A DNA stretch of 64,000 bases from an uncultured Agathobaculum sp. (lineage in GTDB: Bacteria; Bacillota; Clostridia; Oscillospirales; Butyricicoccaceae), in NCBI GenBank assembly GCA_944380985.1, contig CALWJJ010000005.1:21648-85647 (forward strand). The letters run 5' to 3'. Below, piece by piece: positions 1 through 10,333 of this stretch; within the stretch, counting starts at the first letter, position 1; every line of letters begins with the position of its first letter. The position numbers and the translations under genes are program-made. Below the pieces are notes generated by a model. It made no database searches and had not been told where the DNA came from. It worked only from the letters and a program-made list of their open reading frames with translations.

Positions 1-744
1 GTGCAGCGCATTGAGCACTTTGCGCAGGCGGGCTGCCGTCTGTCCGACCATTCGTTCGGCTCGCCTGACTTTACAGTTTGGGATGAAAGTGCGGCCGAGG
101 AGGCCATGCGCAAAGCGCTTGCGGGCGAACCCCTGCTCGATTACGAGGTTTCGGCATACCAGTCTCTTTTAATGGATTTTCTCGGTGAGAAATATGCCGT
201 GCGCGGCTGGGTAATGCAAATGCACATGGGCGCGATTCGCAATTTAAACAGCAAACTGTATCATGCACTCGGCCCGGATGTCGGCGGCGACGCGATCGGC
301 GACGTCATGCCGGCGGCCTCGCTGGCCAAGCTGCTCGACCGGCTGGCATGCCGCGACAAGCTGCCCAAGACCATCGTGTACACGCTCAACGCGGCGGATA
401 ACGACAAGCTGATCGCCACCGCAGGCTGCTTCCAGGATGAGACGACAGCGGGCAAAATCCAGTTTGGCTCAGCTTGGTGGTTCAACGACCATTACGACGG
501 CATGACCGCGCAGCTGCGGTCGCTCGCGAGCATTGGCGTGCTCAGCCGCTTTGTCGGCATGCTGACCGACTCGCGCTCGTTCCTGTCCTATCCGCGCCAT
601 GAGTACTTTCGCCGCATTCTGTGCGAAGTCATCGGTGGATGGATTGCGGGCGGCATGGCGCCTGCGGATTACGACGGCATCGGGCAGATTGTTGAGAATA
701 TTTGCTATTATAATGTTTGCGACTACATCGGCATCGACCGATGA
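1..744 (+). CDS. uxaC: Glucuronate (uronate) isomerase, 5'-truncated by window edge
   Basis: Motifs SDH, MQMHMGAIRN, GSAWWFND, GMLTDSRSFLSYPRHEYFRRILC; first gene of a hexuronate cluster. Confidence 0.95.
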   Translation: MQRIEHFAQAGCRLSDHSFGSPDFTVWDESAAEEAMRKALAGEPLLDYEVSAYQSLLMDFLGEKYAVRGWVMQMHMGAIRNLNSKLYHALGPDVGGDAIGDVMPAASLAKLLDRLACRDKLPKTIVYTLNAADNDKLIATAGCFQDETTAGKIQFGSAWWFNDHYDGMTAQLRSLASIGVLSRFVGMLTDSRSFLSYPRHEYFRRILCEVIGGWIAGGMAPADYDGIGQIVENICYYNVCDYIGIDR

Positions 745-761
745 AAATGGAGGAAACCGCT

Positions 762-1811
762 ATGAAAATGTCATTTCGCTGGTATGGCGAGACCGACCCG
801 GTTTCGCTGGCGTATATCTCTCAAATTCCGGGTATGCGCTCGATCGTCTCGGCCGTCTACGATGTCAAACCGGGTGAGGTCTGGCCGGAGGAGAGTCTTG
901 CCAGGATCAAGCAGCAGTGCGAAGCGCACGGATTGATCTTCGATGTGGTCGAATCCATCCCGGTGTCCGAGGACATCAAACTCGGCACCGACAAGCGCGA
1001 CGCGCACATAGACGTTTACTGCGAGAACATCCGCCGCTGTGCCAAATACGGCGTCAAGTGCGTGACCTATAACTTTATGCCAGTGTTTGATTGGACACGC
1101 ACCCAGCTGGACAAAAAGGCGCCGGATGGCTCGACCAGCCTTGTCATGTACTGGGATCAGATGAAGGGCCTTGATCCGCTCACGGACGACATCAACCTGC
1201 CCGGCTGGGATGCCAGCTACACACAAGATGAGGTGCGCGACCTGATTCGCGCCTATAGCGCGCTGGGCGAAGAGGGGCTGTGGAAGAATATCGAGGTCTT
1301 TCTCAAGCGGGTCATCCCGGTGGCGGAGGAATGCGGCGTTACCATGGCGCTGCATCCGGACGATCCCCCGTATCCGATCTTCGGCCTGCCGCGCGTTATC
1401 ACCAACGAGCACAACCTGGACCGCTATTTGTCCATCGTCGATTCGCCGGCCAATACGCTGTGCCTATGTACCGGTTCGCTGGGCTGCGCCAAGTTTAACG
1501 ACATCCCCCAAATGGTGCGCAAGTATTCTGCGAGAAAGCGCATCGGCTTTATGCACATGCGCAACGTCAAAATCATGGAGGACGGCTCGTTTGAAGAACG
1601 CGCGCACCTATCCGGTTGTGGCTCGCTTGATATGTATGAGATCACCCGGGCGCTGGTAGAGACCGGCTTTGACGGCTATGTTCGCCCCGATCACGGCCGC
1701 ATGATCTGGGGTGAAACCGGCAAGCCGGGCTACGGACTGTACGACCGCGCGCTTGGTGCGGCCTACCTCAACGGTCTGTTTGAGGCCTGCGAAAAGGCGC
1801 AGACAAAATAA
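762..1811 (+). CDS. uxuA: Mannonate dehydratase
   Basis: MKMSFRWYG start after GGAGG (749-753); YNFMPVFDWTRT, LHPDDPP, RPDHGRMIWGE, PGYGLYDRALG motifs. Confidence 0.96.
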   Translation: MKMSFRWYGETDPVSLAYISQIPGMRSIVSAVYDVKPGEVWPEESLARIKQQCEAHGLIFDVVESIPVSEDIKLGTDKRDAHIDVYCENIRRCAKYGVKCVTYNFMPVFDWTRTQLDKKAPDGSTSLVMYWDQMKGLDPLTDDINLPGWDASYTQDEVRDLIRAYSALGEEGLWKNIEVFLKRVIPVAEECGVTMALHPDDPPYPIFGLPRVITNEHNLDRYLSIVDSPANTLCLCTGSLGCAKFNDIPQMVRKYSARKRIGFMHMRNVKIMEDGSFEERAHLSGCGSLDMYEITRALVETGFDGYVRPDHGRMIWGETGKPGYGLYDRALGAAYLNGLFEACEKAQTK

Positions 1812-1879
1812 TTGCACAATGCGCAAGGCGGGGGTGCAGCTCCGCCGGGAAATAGAGTATGATAAAGGAGAGGGTACTG

Positions 1880-2728
1880 ATGACGAAAAATGTACTGAAT
1901 ACCGATCTGACCGGCAAGGTCTGTGTTGTCACCGGTGCGGGCGGCGCAATTTGCGGCATGTTTGCGCAAAAGCTCGCGGCGGCGGGCGGCAAGGTGGCCG
2001 TGCTTGACCTTAATGACAAGGCGGCGCATCAGGTTGCCGATGAAATTTCCGCTGCGGGCGGTGTTGCCAAAGCATACAAGGCAAACGTGCTCGACCGCGA
2101 GGACCTCGAGCGGGTGCACCAGCAGGTGCTGGCCGACTTCGGCCCGTGCGATGTGCTGATCAACGGCGCGGGCGGCAATAACCCGCGGGCCACTACGGAT
2201 AACGAGTTCCATTACGAGGCAAAAGACATCGAAAACTGCAAGACGTTTTTCGATCTAGATAAATCGGGCGTGGAATTTGTGTTTTCACTCAACTGGCTGG
2301 GCACGCTGCTGCCAACCCAAGTATTCGCTGCCGATATGATCGACCGCGCGGGCAATATTTTGAACATTGCCTCGATGAACGCCTACACCCCGCTGACCAA
2401 AATCCCCGCGTATTCGGGCGCAAAGTCGGCGGTTGTCAACTTCACTGAATGGCTCGCGACCTATTTTGCCAAATCCGGCATTCGCGTCAATGCGATCGCG
2501 CCGGGCTTCTTTGTCGGCAACCAGAACCGCAGCTTGCTGTTTAACCCAGATGGCACCCCTACGCCGCGTACCGGTAAGATTCTGGCCGGCACGCCCATGG
2601 GCCGATTCGGTGAGCTGGAGGAGCTGGTCGGCGCAGTGCTGTTCCTCATCAACAACGAAGCGGCAAGCTTTATCACTGGCGTGTGCATCCCGATTGACGG
2701 AGGCTACGCGGCGTATTCGGGCGTATAA
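1880..2728 (+). CDS. uxuB: SDR family oxidoreductase, probable D-mannonate oxidoreductase (fructuronate reductase)
   Basis: VTGAGGAI Rossmann motif, NGAGGN, PAYSGAK (YxxxK), TPMGRFG; lies between uxuA and TRAP genes. Confidence 0.85.
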   Translation: MTKNVLNTDLTGKVCVVTGAGGAICGMFAQKLAAAGGKVAVLDLNDKAAHQVADEISAAGGVAKAYKANVLDREDLERVHQQVLADFGPCDVLINGAGGNNPRATTDNEFHYEAKDIENCKTFFDLDKSGVEFVFSLNWLGTLLPTQVFAADMIDRAGNILNIASMNAYTPLTKIPAYSGAKSAVVNFTEWLATYFAKSGIRVNAIAPGFFVGNQNRSLLFNPDGTPTPRTGKILAGTPMGRFGELEELVGAVLFLINNEAASFITGVCIPIDGGYAAYSGV

Positions 2729-2771
2729 GAGCGAACTTCCCAATGACTGACACAAAGAAAGGAAGGCGTAT

Positions 2772-3803
2772 ATGAAAAAGAGAACCCGCACACTGGCGCT
2801 GGCAATGTCGGCTATGCTGGCACTGGGCATACTGTCCGGCTGCGGCGGCACAGGAACAGCTGAGGGAAAGCAGATCATCCGCATTGGACACAACCAGTCG
2901 ACCAACCATCCGACCCACACCGGCTTGATCGCCTTTGAGGAGTATATCGAAAGCCGCCTTGGCGAGAAGTATGACGTCGAGATATTTCCGAGCGAGCTGC
3001 TCGGATCGCAAAACGAAATGGTGCAGCTGACTCAGACCGGCGCGATTACTTTCTGCGTGGCCTCCAACTCGCTGCTTGAGACATTTTCGGAAAACTACAC
3101 CCTGTTTAACCTGCCCTATCTGTTTTCCAGCCCGGAAGCATATCACGCCTCGATGGATGATCCGGACATTGTCGGCCCGATTTTTGAATCGACCAAGCAG
3201 GCGGGGTTTGAGGCGGTCACCTGGCTGGATGCCGGCACGCGCAACTTCTATACCGTGGATACCCCGATCGAAAGCCCAGCGGATCTACGCGGGCTCAAGA
3301 TCCGTGTGCAGCAGTCGCCGACCAATGTGACGATGATGGATTTGCTTGGCGGTGCGGCCACGCCGATGGGCTTTGGCGATGTATACACCGCCTTGCAGGC
3401 GCAGATGCTGGACGGCGCGGAGAATAACGAGCTGGCGCTGACCGATAACGGTCACGGCGACGTATGTAAATACTACTCCTACGATATGCATCAGATGATT
3501 CCAGACATACTGATCGGTAATCTGGACTTTATGGAGGGCTTAAGCGAACAGGAGCGCACCGTGTTTGACGAGGGCTTCACCATCCTCAATCAGACCCAGC
3601 GCGCGGCGTGGGAGGTGGCCGTTGAGGAGTCCAAGGCCTATGCGGAAAACGAGCAGGGGGTAAACTTTATTTACCCCGACATTGAGCCTTTCCAGCAGGC
3701 GCTCCAGCCCATGCACGAGGACATGCTGGCGCAGTATCCCGATCTCGCCCCCATCTACGAGCTGATCGAGCAGCACAACGCCGAGTTTGCCTCGGCATCA
3801 TGA
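2772..3803 (+). CDS. dctP: TRAP transporter substrate-binding lipoprotein (DctP family)
   Basis: Lipobox LSGC, GLKIRVQ, DGAENN motifs. Confidence 0.92.
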   Translation: MKKRTRTLALAMSAMLALGILSGCGGTGTAEGKQIIRIGHNQSTNHPTHTGLIAFEEYIESRLGEKYDVEIFPSELLGSQNEMVQLTQTGAITFCVASNSLLETFSENYTLFNLPYLFSSPEAYHASMDDPDIVGPIFESTKQAGFEAVTWLDAGTRNFYTVDTPIESPADLRGLKIRVQQSPTNVTMMDLLGGAATPMGFGDVYTALQAQMLDGAENNELALTDNGHGDVCKYYSYDMHQMIPDILIGNLDFMEGLSEQERTVFDEGFTILNQTQRAAWEVAVEESKAYAENEQGVNFIYPDIEPFQQALQPMHEDMLAQYPDLAPIYELIEQHNAEFASAS

Positions 3804-3823
3804 ACAAGGGAGGTGCCTTGAAT

Positions 3824-4303
3824 ATGCAATCGCTTCGAAATATACTCAATCGAATAATGAATGTGCTGGCAGGCGCCAGCCTGATCGCCATGACCGCGCT
3901 GACCTGCTGGCAGGTTTTTACCCGCTATGTGCTCAGCAATCCCTCCACCTGGTCGGAAGAACTGGTGGGCTATATCTTTGCATGGGCCAGCCTGTTTGGC
4001 GCATCTCTCATCACCGGCGAGCGTGGCCATATGAACATCCCGGTCGTAGTTGAGCTGATGCCCGATAAGGCGCAGAAGTTTTTTGGCATTTTTGGTGAGA
4101 TTATTGCCATGCTGTTTTCCGCCATCATTCTGATTTATGGCGGCTATCAGATCACGCTGCTGGCTATGGGACAGATGACCTCGTCGCTCGGAGTCGCGGT
4201 CGGTGTGTTTTATATCGCAATGCCGGTGTGCGGCGTGATCAATATCCTGTATACCGTGCTCAACATCTATGAAATATGCAAAGAGAAAAAGGAGGCGGCG
4301 TAA
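3824..4303 (+). CDS. dctQ: TRAP transporter small permease (DctQ family)
   Basis: QVFTRYVL...WSEEL motif, 4 TM segments; ATG after GGAGG at 3810-3814. Confidence 0.9.
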   Translation: MQSLRNILNRIMNVLAGASLIAMTALTCWQVFTRYVLSNPSTWSEELVGYIFAWASLFGASLITGERGHMNIPVVVELMPDKAQKFFGIFGEIIAMLFSAIILIYGGYQITLLAMGQMTSSLGVAVGVFYIAMPVCGVINILYTVLNIYEICKEKKEAA

Positions 4304-4306
4304 ACT

Positions 4307-5608
4307 ATGGCTATGACATCCCTAGTGATGATTATTGTCATCCTGGCAATTTTGCTGGTGATCGGCGTGCCGATCTCCTATTCGATCGGCATCGCGTCGC
4401 TCGTTACTATCCTGCAAACTGTTCCGCTCGATATTTCGGTCGTTACAAGCGCGCAGCGCATCTTTGTCGGTATGAGCAAATTCAGCCTGACCGCAATCCC
4501 GTTTTTTATTCTGGCGGGCAACCTGATGAACCAGGGCGGCATTGCCAAACGCCTGGTGAACTTTGTCATGGCAATATTGGGCAAGCTGCCCGGCGCGCTG
4601 CTTGTGACAAATGTTGGCGCCAACGCGTTGTTTGGCGCGATCTCAGGCTCGGCCTCGGCGGCGGCCGCGGCAGTTGGCTCTATGGTGCGCGAGGGCGAGG
4701 AGGAGCAAGGCTATGATTCTGCCCTGTGTGCTGCAACCAATGGCGCTTCCGCCCCCTCCGGTCTGCTGATTCCGCCGTCCAACGCGTTGATTACCTATTC
4801 GCTTGCTGCAGGAGGCACATCGGTCGCCGCGCTGTTTATGGCGGGCTATATCCCCGGCATCATCTGGACGCTGTGCTGTATGTTGGTCGCCATTATTATC
4901 GCAAAGAAGAAGGGCTATCAGGGTACAGCCGGCAAGTTCAGTTGGGCAAACCTCGGCAAGGCAACTTTGCAGGCAATCCCCGCACTGTCGCTGATCGTCG
5001 TGGTTATCGGCGGTATTATCGCGGGCATATTCAGCGCAACCGAAGGCTCGGCCATCGCGGTCGTTTACGCGCTCATCCTCGGTATTTGCTACCGCAATAT
5101 CACGCTCAAGTCTTTTTGGGAGATCGTGGTCGACAGCGCTAAAATGAGCGGCATGGTCGTGTTCCTTATCGGTGTATCCAATATCCTCGGCTGGGTTATG
5201 GCGTTTTTGCAGATTCCGCAGGCCGTGTCTACTGCGCTTCTGGGCATTACGGAAAACCCGATCATCATTCTGCTCATTATGAACGTAATTTTGCTGATCG
5301 CCGGCACATTCATGGACGTTACCCCTGCGATTTTGATCTTTACCCCGCTGTTCCTGCCCATTGTGCAGACTTTTGGCATGAACCCGATCCATTTCGGCCT
5401 GATCCTGGTGTACAACCTGTGCATCGGCAATATCACGCCGCCGGTCGGCAACACATTGTTTGTTGCTATCAAGGTCGGCCGCAGCACGCTCGCCAGAACC
5501 ATGCCCTATATGCTCTGGTATTATGTTGCAATTCTGGTCGGCCTGATCCTGGTGACCTATATCCCGGCCATCAGCATGGTGCTGCCGCAGTTAGCGGGCC
5601 TGGCATAA
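4307..5608 (+). CDS. dctM: TRAP transporter large permease (DctM family)
   Basis: AIPFFILAGNLM, GAISGSA, LIPPS, TPPVG motifs; about 12 hydrophobic segments. Confidence 0.93.
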   Translation: MAMTSLVMIIVILAILLVIGVPISYSIGIASLVTILQTVPLDISVVTSAQRIFVGMSKFSLTAIPFFILAGNLMNQGGIAKRLVNFVMAILGKLPGALLVTNVGANALFGAISGSASAAAAAVGSMVREGEEEQGYDSALCAATNGASAPSGLLIPPSNALITYSLAAGGTSVAALFMAGYIPGIIWTLCCMLVAIIIAKKKGYQGTAGKFSWANLGKATLQAIPALSLIVVVIGGIIAGIFSATEGSAIAVVYALILGICYRNITLKSFWEIVVDSAKMSGMVVFLIGVSNILGWVMAFLQIPQAVSTALLGITENPIIILLIMNVILLIAGTFMDVTPAILIFTPLFLPIVQTFGMNPIHFGLILVYNLCIGNITPPVGNTLFVAIKVGRSTLARTMPYMLWYYVAILVGLILVTYIPAISMVLPQLAGLA

Positions 5609-5650
5609 AAACAACCCCGGAGAGGATATTGCAGAGAGGAGTTTACCCCA

Positions 5651-6295
5651 ATGAACGATTTGCAAAAGCGCATTGCTGAGATCGGCGTGGTGCCGGTGAT
5701 CAAGCTTAACCACCCCGAGCGCGACGCGGCGCCGTTGGCCGAGGCGCTGATCGCGGGCGGCGTACCGGTAGCCGAGGTTACTTTCCGCGCGGCGGGCGCG
5801 GCTACCGCCATCCGGGCCATGCGTGAGGGTTTTCCCGATATGCTGGTCGGCGCGGGCACCGTGCTGACCGAGGCGCAGGTGGACGAGGCGATCGCCGCGG
5901 GCGCGCAGTTCATCGTCACCCCGGGCATGGACGCCGAGCTTGTCGCCTACTGCCAGGCGCGCGGCATCGATGTGTTTCCCGGCTGCACCACGCCGACTGA
6001 TTACCACACAGCCTACAAGCTCGGTCTTGAGGTGCTTAAGTTCTTCCCTGCCGAGCAGTCGGGCGGCCTGGCAAAGATTAAGGCGATGAGCGCGCCCTTT
6101 CCGATGTTCAAGGTCATGCCGACCGGCGGCATCTCGCTGAAGAACCTGGCTGATTATATAAAAAACCCGGTTATCGCGGCCTGCGGCGGCTCATATATGG
6201 TCACAGCCGAGCTGATTGATAACGGCAAATGGGATGAGATCACCACACTGTGTAGGCAATCGGTCGAGATCGTAAAAGCGGCGCGCCGCGCCTGA
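5651..6295 (+). CDS. eda: KDPG/KHG aldolase
   Basis: EVTFR, VGAGTV, PG..TPT, KFFPAE, MPTGGI motifs. Confidence 0.94.
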   Translation: MNDLQKRIAEIGVVPVIKLNHPERDAAPLAEALIAGGVPVAEVTFRAAGAATAIRAMREGFPDMLVGAGTVLTEAQVDEAIAAGAQFIVTPGMDAELVAYCQARGIDVFPGCTTPTDYHTAYKLGLEVLKFFPAEQSGGLAKIKAMSAPFPMFKVMPTGGISLKNLADYIKNPVIAACGGSYMVTAELIDNGKWDEITTLCRQSVEIVKAARRA

Positions 6296-6368
6296 ATTTT
6301 GGTGTGTCCATACGGGCGCCAATGGGGCCGGCATCTAAGTTAAGCATTACAACAAGGAGGGGAAACCC

Positions 6369-7394
6369 ATGAAAATTGTCACCTTTGGCGAGCTGATGAT
6401 CCGTTTGCAGCCATATCACTACGAACGGTTTGTGCAGGCCGACCATCTTGAATTTTCATTTGGCGGCGGCGAAGCGAACGTCGCCGTGTCGCTGGCAAAC
6501 TACGGTATGGACGTGGCTTTCGTCACCAAGCTGCCTGCGCACGCGATCGGCCAGGCGGCGGTCAACTCACTGCGCCGCTATGGCGTCGATACCAGTATGA
6601 TCGTGCGCGGCGGCGACCGTATCGGCATCTATTTTAATGAAAAGGGCGCGTCGCAGCGCGGCTCGGTGTGCATTTATGACCGCGCGCACTCGGCTATTCA
6701 GCAAGCAAGCCTGTCGGACTTTGACTGGAATGCGATCTTCGAGGGCGTTCATTGGTTCCATTTCACCGGCATCACCCCGGCGCTTGGCCCCAATCTGGTC
6801 GAGATCTGCCGTGCGGCGTGCCAGGCGGCCAAGGCGCGTGGCGTCAAGGTATCCTGCGACCTCAACTATCGCGGCAAGCTGTGGACCCGCGCCGAAGCGC
6901 GCGCGGCGATGAGCGAACTGTGCCAGTATGTCGACGTGTGCATTGCAAACGAGGAGGACGCCAAGGATGTATTCGGCATCGAGGCCGAGGCGACCGACAT
7001 CTATGCGGGTGAAATCAACCACGAGGGCTATCAGTCGGTAGCGCGGCAGCTAGCGGACAAATTCGGCTTTGAAAAGGTCGCCATCACATTGCGCGAGTCA
7101 CACTCCGCATCCGACAACGGTTGGAGCGCCATGCTGTTTGACGCAAAGAGCGGCGTATGCTGCTTTTCCAAAAAGTATGAGCTACGTATCATCGACCGCG
7201 TCGGCGGCGGCGACAGCTTTGGCGGCGGCCTGATTTATGCGCTGCTGAGCGGCAAGACCACGCAGCAGGCGGTCGAGTTTGCGGTTGCAGCTTCGGCGCT
7301 CAAACACACCATCGAGGGCGACTACAATATGGTGACGGTTGATGAGGTGGAAAAGCTTGCCGGCGGCGACGGATCAGGCCGCATTCAGCGGTAA
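6369..7394 (+). CDS. kdgK: 2-keto-3-deoxygluconate kinase (PfkB family)
   Basis: GGGEANVA, DLNYR.KLW, DRVGGGDSF motifs; end of hexuronate operon. Confidence 0.92.
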   Translation: MKIVTFGELMIRLQPYHYERFVQADHLEFSFGGGEANVAVSLANYGMDVAFVTKLPAHAIGQAAVNSLRRYGVDTSMIVRGGDRIGIYFNEKGASQRGSVCIYDRAHSAIQQASLSDFDWNAIFEGVHWFHFTGITPALGPNLVEICRAACQAAKARGVKVSCDLNYRGKLWTRAEARAAMSELCQYVDVCIANEEDAKDVFGIEAEATDIYAGEINHEGYQSVARQLADKFGFEKVAITLRESHSASDNGWSAMLFDAKSGVCCFSKKYELRIIDRVGGGDSFGGGLIYALLSGKTTQQAVEFAVAASALKHTIEGDYNMVTVDEVEKLAGGDGSGRIQR

Positions 7395-7416
7395 GATAGT
7401 TGGCGTATCATGTTCT

Positions 7417-7449
7417 AAAAAGCGTGGGTTGTAGCAACCCGCGCTTTTC
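7417..7449 (+). terminator. Rho-independent terminator after kdgK
   Basis: Inverted repeat aaaagcgtgggttg-tag-caacccgcgctttt. Confidence 0.75.
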
Positions 7450-7539
7450 TTTATTCTGTAGTGCGTGGGAAAAGTGAGGCTGACCGAACATGGTCCACAG
7501 CATGGCACATGGGCTATTTACCAAATCCTGTGGAAAAAC

Positions 7540-7568
7540 TTGATTTGCGCACAGGCCGCATGTATAAT
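7540..7568 (+). promoter_or_regulatory. Sigma-A promoter upstream of GT2 cassette
   Basis: TTGATT-17 bp-TATAAT with TG extension. Confidence 0.55.
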
Positions 7569-7746
7569 AAAACAAGCAAAAGTGTGCCGGAATGCAGGGT
7601 GGATGGACGGATTGCGCTCGCGCTCGCGTTTTGGCGGTGCGCATCTGCTTTCTGCATGCAAAGACATGGAATGTTGGCAGCATGCATATCTTTTTGAGAG
7701 GTGAGGTGCGCCCGCGCCATCATCTAGGGGGAAATGGAGGGGAATC

Positions 7747-8709
7747 ATGGATAAAATTGCGGTTTTGATCCCTTGCTGTAATGAAAGCCTGACGGTTGGA
7801 AAGGTGGTTGCCGACTGGAAACAGGCGCTGCCGGACGCGACCATATATGTATATGACAATAATTCGACTGACGGTACAGCCGAAATCGCCCGCGCGGCCG
7901 GGGCAGTCGTGCGGCAGGAATACCGGCAGGGCAAAGGCAATGTCATCCGGCGGATGTTTAGAGAGGTGGACGCGCGGGCGTATCTAATGGTGGATGGGGA
8001 TGATACCTACCCGGCCGACGGTGCGCGCGAGATGGTCGATCTGGTGATGCACCGCCAGGCGGATATGGTGGTTGGCGACCGGCTGTCCGCAAACTATTTT
8101 ACCGAGAACAAGCGCCCCTTTCATAGCTTTGGCAACGCGGTCGTGCGCTGGAGCATCAACATGCTGTTTCACTCGTGCGTGCGTGATGTTATGACGGGCT
8201 GCCGGGCATTTAGCTTTGAGTTTGTCAAAACCTTTCCGGTGCTGTCCACCGGGTTTGAGATCGAAACCGAAATGACCATCCATGCGCTGGATAAAAACAT
8301 GAAGATCGATCATGTGGCGATCCCATATCGCAACCGTCCGACGGGCAGTGAGTCCAAGCTCAATACGGTGCAGGATGGCATCAAAGTGCTGTATACCATT
8401 TTGACACTGCACAGAAATTACCGGCCCTGCTCGTTTTTCGGCATCATTGCTGTGGTTTTGGCCGCGCTTTCCGCCGCGTTTTTCTTTCCGGTGCTGGCGG
8501 ACTACATACGCACCGGACTTGTTCTGGCCTTTCCTACGTTGATCGTGTGCGGATTTACCGTAATGGCGGCGCTGCTTGCGTTTTTTACCGGCTTGCAGCT
8601 GCAAAACGCGGTGCAAAAGAACCGGCAGGATTTCGAACTGGAGCGGATCAAGGCAAACGCGCGCTACCGGCAGATGCTGCGGGAGCAGGAGGGGCCGCGC
8701 CATGAATGA
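7747..8709 (+). CDS. GT2 polyprenol-phosphate glycosyltransferase (GtrB/DPM synthase-like)
   Basis: VLIPCCNE, YDNNSTDGT, DGDDTYP (DxD), FEIETEM motifs and two C-terminal TM helices. Confidence 0.88.
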   Translation: MDKIAVLIPCCNESLTVGKVVADWKQALPDATIYVYDNNSTDGTAEIARAAGAVVRQEYRQGKGNVIRRMFREVDARAYLMVDGDDTYPADGAREMVDLVMHRQADMVVGDRLSANYFTENKRPFHSFGNAVVRWSINMLFHSCVRDVMTGCRAFSFEFVKTFPVLSTGFEIETEMTIHALDKNMKIDHVAIPYRNRPTGSESKLNTVQDGIKVLYTILTLHRNYRPCSFFGIIAVVLAALSAAFFFPVLADYIRTGLVLAFPTLIVCGFTVMAALLAFFTGLQLQNAVQKNRQDFELERIKANARYRQMLREQEGPRHE

Positions 8710-10300
8710 GCCGCTGCGGCAAAAGCGCTCGGCGCTGAGCTGGATATTCTACCCGATTTGCCTGGCAGCGACCGTGGCGCTGTTCCGAACGGCGCCCCTT
8801 ACAGGCAACGGCTATATCTGGCTGTATGGTGGAATAGCAGTTCTCATCCTATTTGCCTGCCGCCCGGATTCGGCGCTGTATGCTTGGCCGGTTGCGGACG
8901 GCTCGGCCGCCAAAGCGATCTGCGGCATGTTGGCAGCGCTCGTCACCATTGCCGCATGCGTGCTGCCGATGGATGACCTGCCGCTGTGGAACGGCGAGCA
9001 GCCCGACCATCGCAACCAGTACGAACTGATGGCAGAGGCTATTCTGGATGGGCGTATCGACCTTGTATACGGCGATGAGCAGGCGCTTGCCAGGTTGGAA
9101 AATCCCTATGACCCGGCAGAGCGCGAAGAGAGTGGCGTACCATTTCACTGGGATCATGCCTATTATGAAGGTCATTATTATATGTATTTCGGCGTTGTGC
9201 CGGTTTTTCTTGTCTTTTTGCCGTACCGCTTGCTGACCGGCGCGGCGCTGACCACCTTTCATGCGACCCAGATTTTTGCCGCGCTGTCTGTTGCCGGTAT
9301 TTTTGTACTGTTTCACCTGCTGGCAAGGCTGTTTTTTAAAAACCTGAACTACAGCGTTTACCTTGCGCTGTCCGTGGCTTTTTCGGTGATGAGCCTTTGG
9401 TACAGCGCCGCTGAATCCGCGCTTTATACCACTGCGATCACGGCTGCTATCGCGGTCGAGGTATGGAGCCTCTATTTTTTTGTTCGGGCGGTATGGGGCG
9501 AGACGCGTGAAAATCGTCAGGTGGCGCTTGCAGGCATCGGCGCGCTGCTGGGTGCGTTGGCGTTCGGATGCAGGCCGCCTATTGCGCTTGCCAATCTGCT
9601 AGTAATTCCCATGCTGGCCGCCTTTCTGCGGCAGCGCAAATTTACACCCCGGCTGCTGGGTAAGTTGGTGCTGGCGGCGCTGCCCTATGTGATTGTGGCA
9701 GCCGGGCTGATGCTGTACAACTACGCCCGCTTTGGCGATGCGCTTGAATTCGGGCAGAAGTACCAGCTGACTACTGCGGATCAGACTCAATTCGGCGTTA
9801 CCTTGGGCGAAGAAACGGCAGCCCGGCTGGCGGGCGGCATAGCAAGCAATTTTTTTGCAGTCGGCGAAATCACAGCCGCTTTTCCCTATCTTAAGCCGGC
9901 CAGCGTATTTTTTAACTTTCCAATTCTTCTGCTGTATGTGGGCATAGTTCGCCCAGCTGTTTGGCGTAAATTGCGGCAGAACGGCCTGGCGCTATTTACA
10001 ACCGGCCTGCTGCTGGTAGCCACCCTGATTACCTCGATGGATATTTTGTGGACGCCCTATCTGCTTGAGCGCTATCGCATGGATATTTATTTTCTGATGG
10101 GCATCGGCTGCTTTATTGTGATTGGCCTGTGGTATGAGACCGGCACACCCGTGCAGCGCAAACGGCTGCGGACGTCCACGCTTATCCTATCGGTTGTGAC
10201 AGTGCTCGCCTCGGCGCTGTATTATATGCATACGGTGGGCATCAACTATCCGGATGTGGTGCATGCTGCCGCGCAGACGCTCCATCTGGACGGTCCGTAA
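8702..10300 (+). CDS. Polytopic membrane protein, probable GT-C fold glycosyltransferase (GtrC-like)
   Basis: About 12-13 TM segments with a large first external loop (QYELMAEAIL...YYMYFGVVP); ATGA-type overlap with GT2 gene; sits between GT2 and GtrA. Confidence 0.6.
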   Translation: MNEPLRQKRSALSWIFYPICLAATVALFRTAPLTGNGYIWLYGGIAVLILFACRPDSALYAWPVADGSAAKAICGMLAALVTIAACVLPMDDLPLWNGEQPDHRNQYELMAEAILDGRIDLVYGDEQALARLENPYDPAEREESGVPFHWDHAYYEGHYYMYFGVVPVFLVFLPYRLLTGAALTTFHATQIFAALSVAGIFVLFHLLARLFFKNLNYSVYLALSVAFSVMSLWYSAAESALYTTAITAAIAVEVWSLYFFVRAVWGETRENRQVALAGIGALLGALAFGCRPPIALANLLVIPMLAAFLRQRKFTPRLLGKLVLAALPYVIVAAGLMLYNYARFGDALEFGQKYQLTTADQTQFGVTLGEETAARLAGGIASNFFAVGEITAAFPYLKPASVFFNFPILLLYVGIVRPAVWRKLRQNGLALFTTGLLLVATLITSMDILWTPYLLERYRMDIYFLMGIGCFIVIGLWYETGTPVQRKRLRTSTLILSVVTVLASALYYMHTVGINYPDVVHAAAQTLHLDGP

Positions 10301-10333
10301 TAAATCCGTAACCGAATTGAGCGAAAAACCGCC

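Noticed and set aside
7490-7540. DnaA-box-like words (GGTCCACA, TTTTCCACA on minus)
   Set aside because: Only two mismatched copies; no oriC context or DUE
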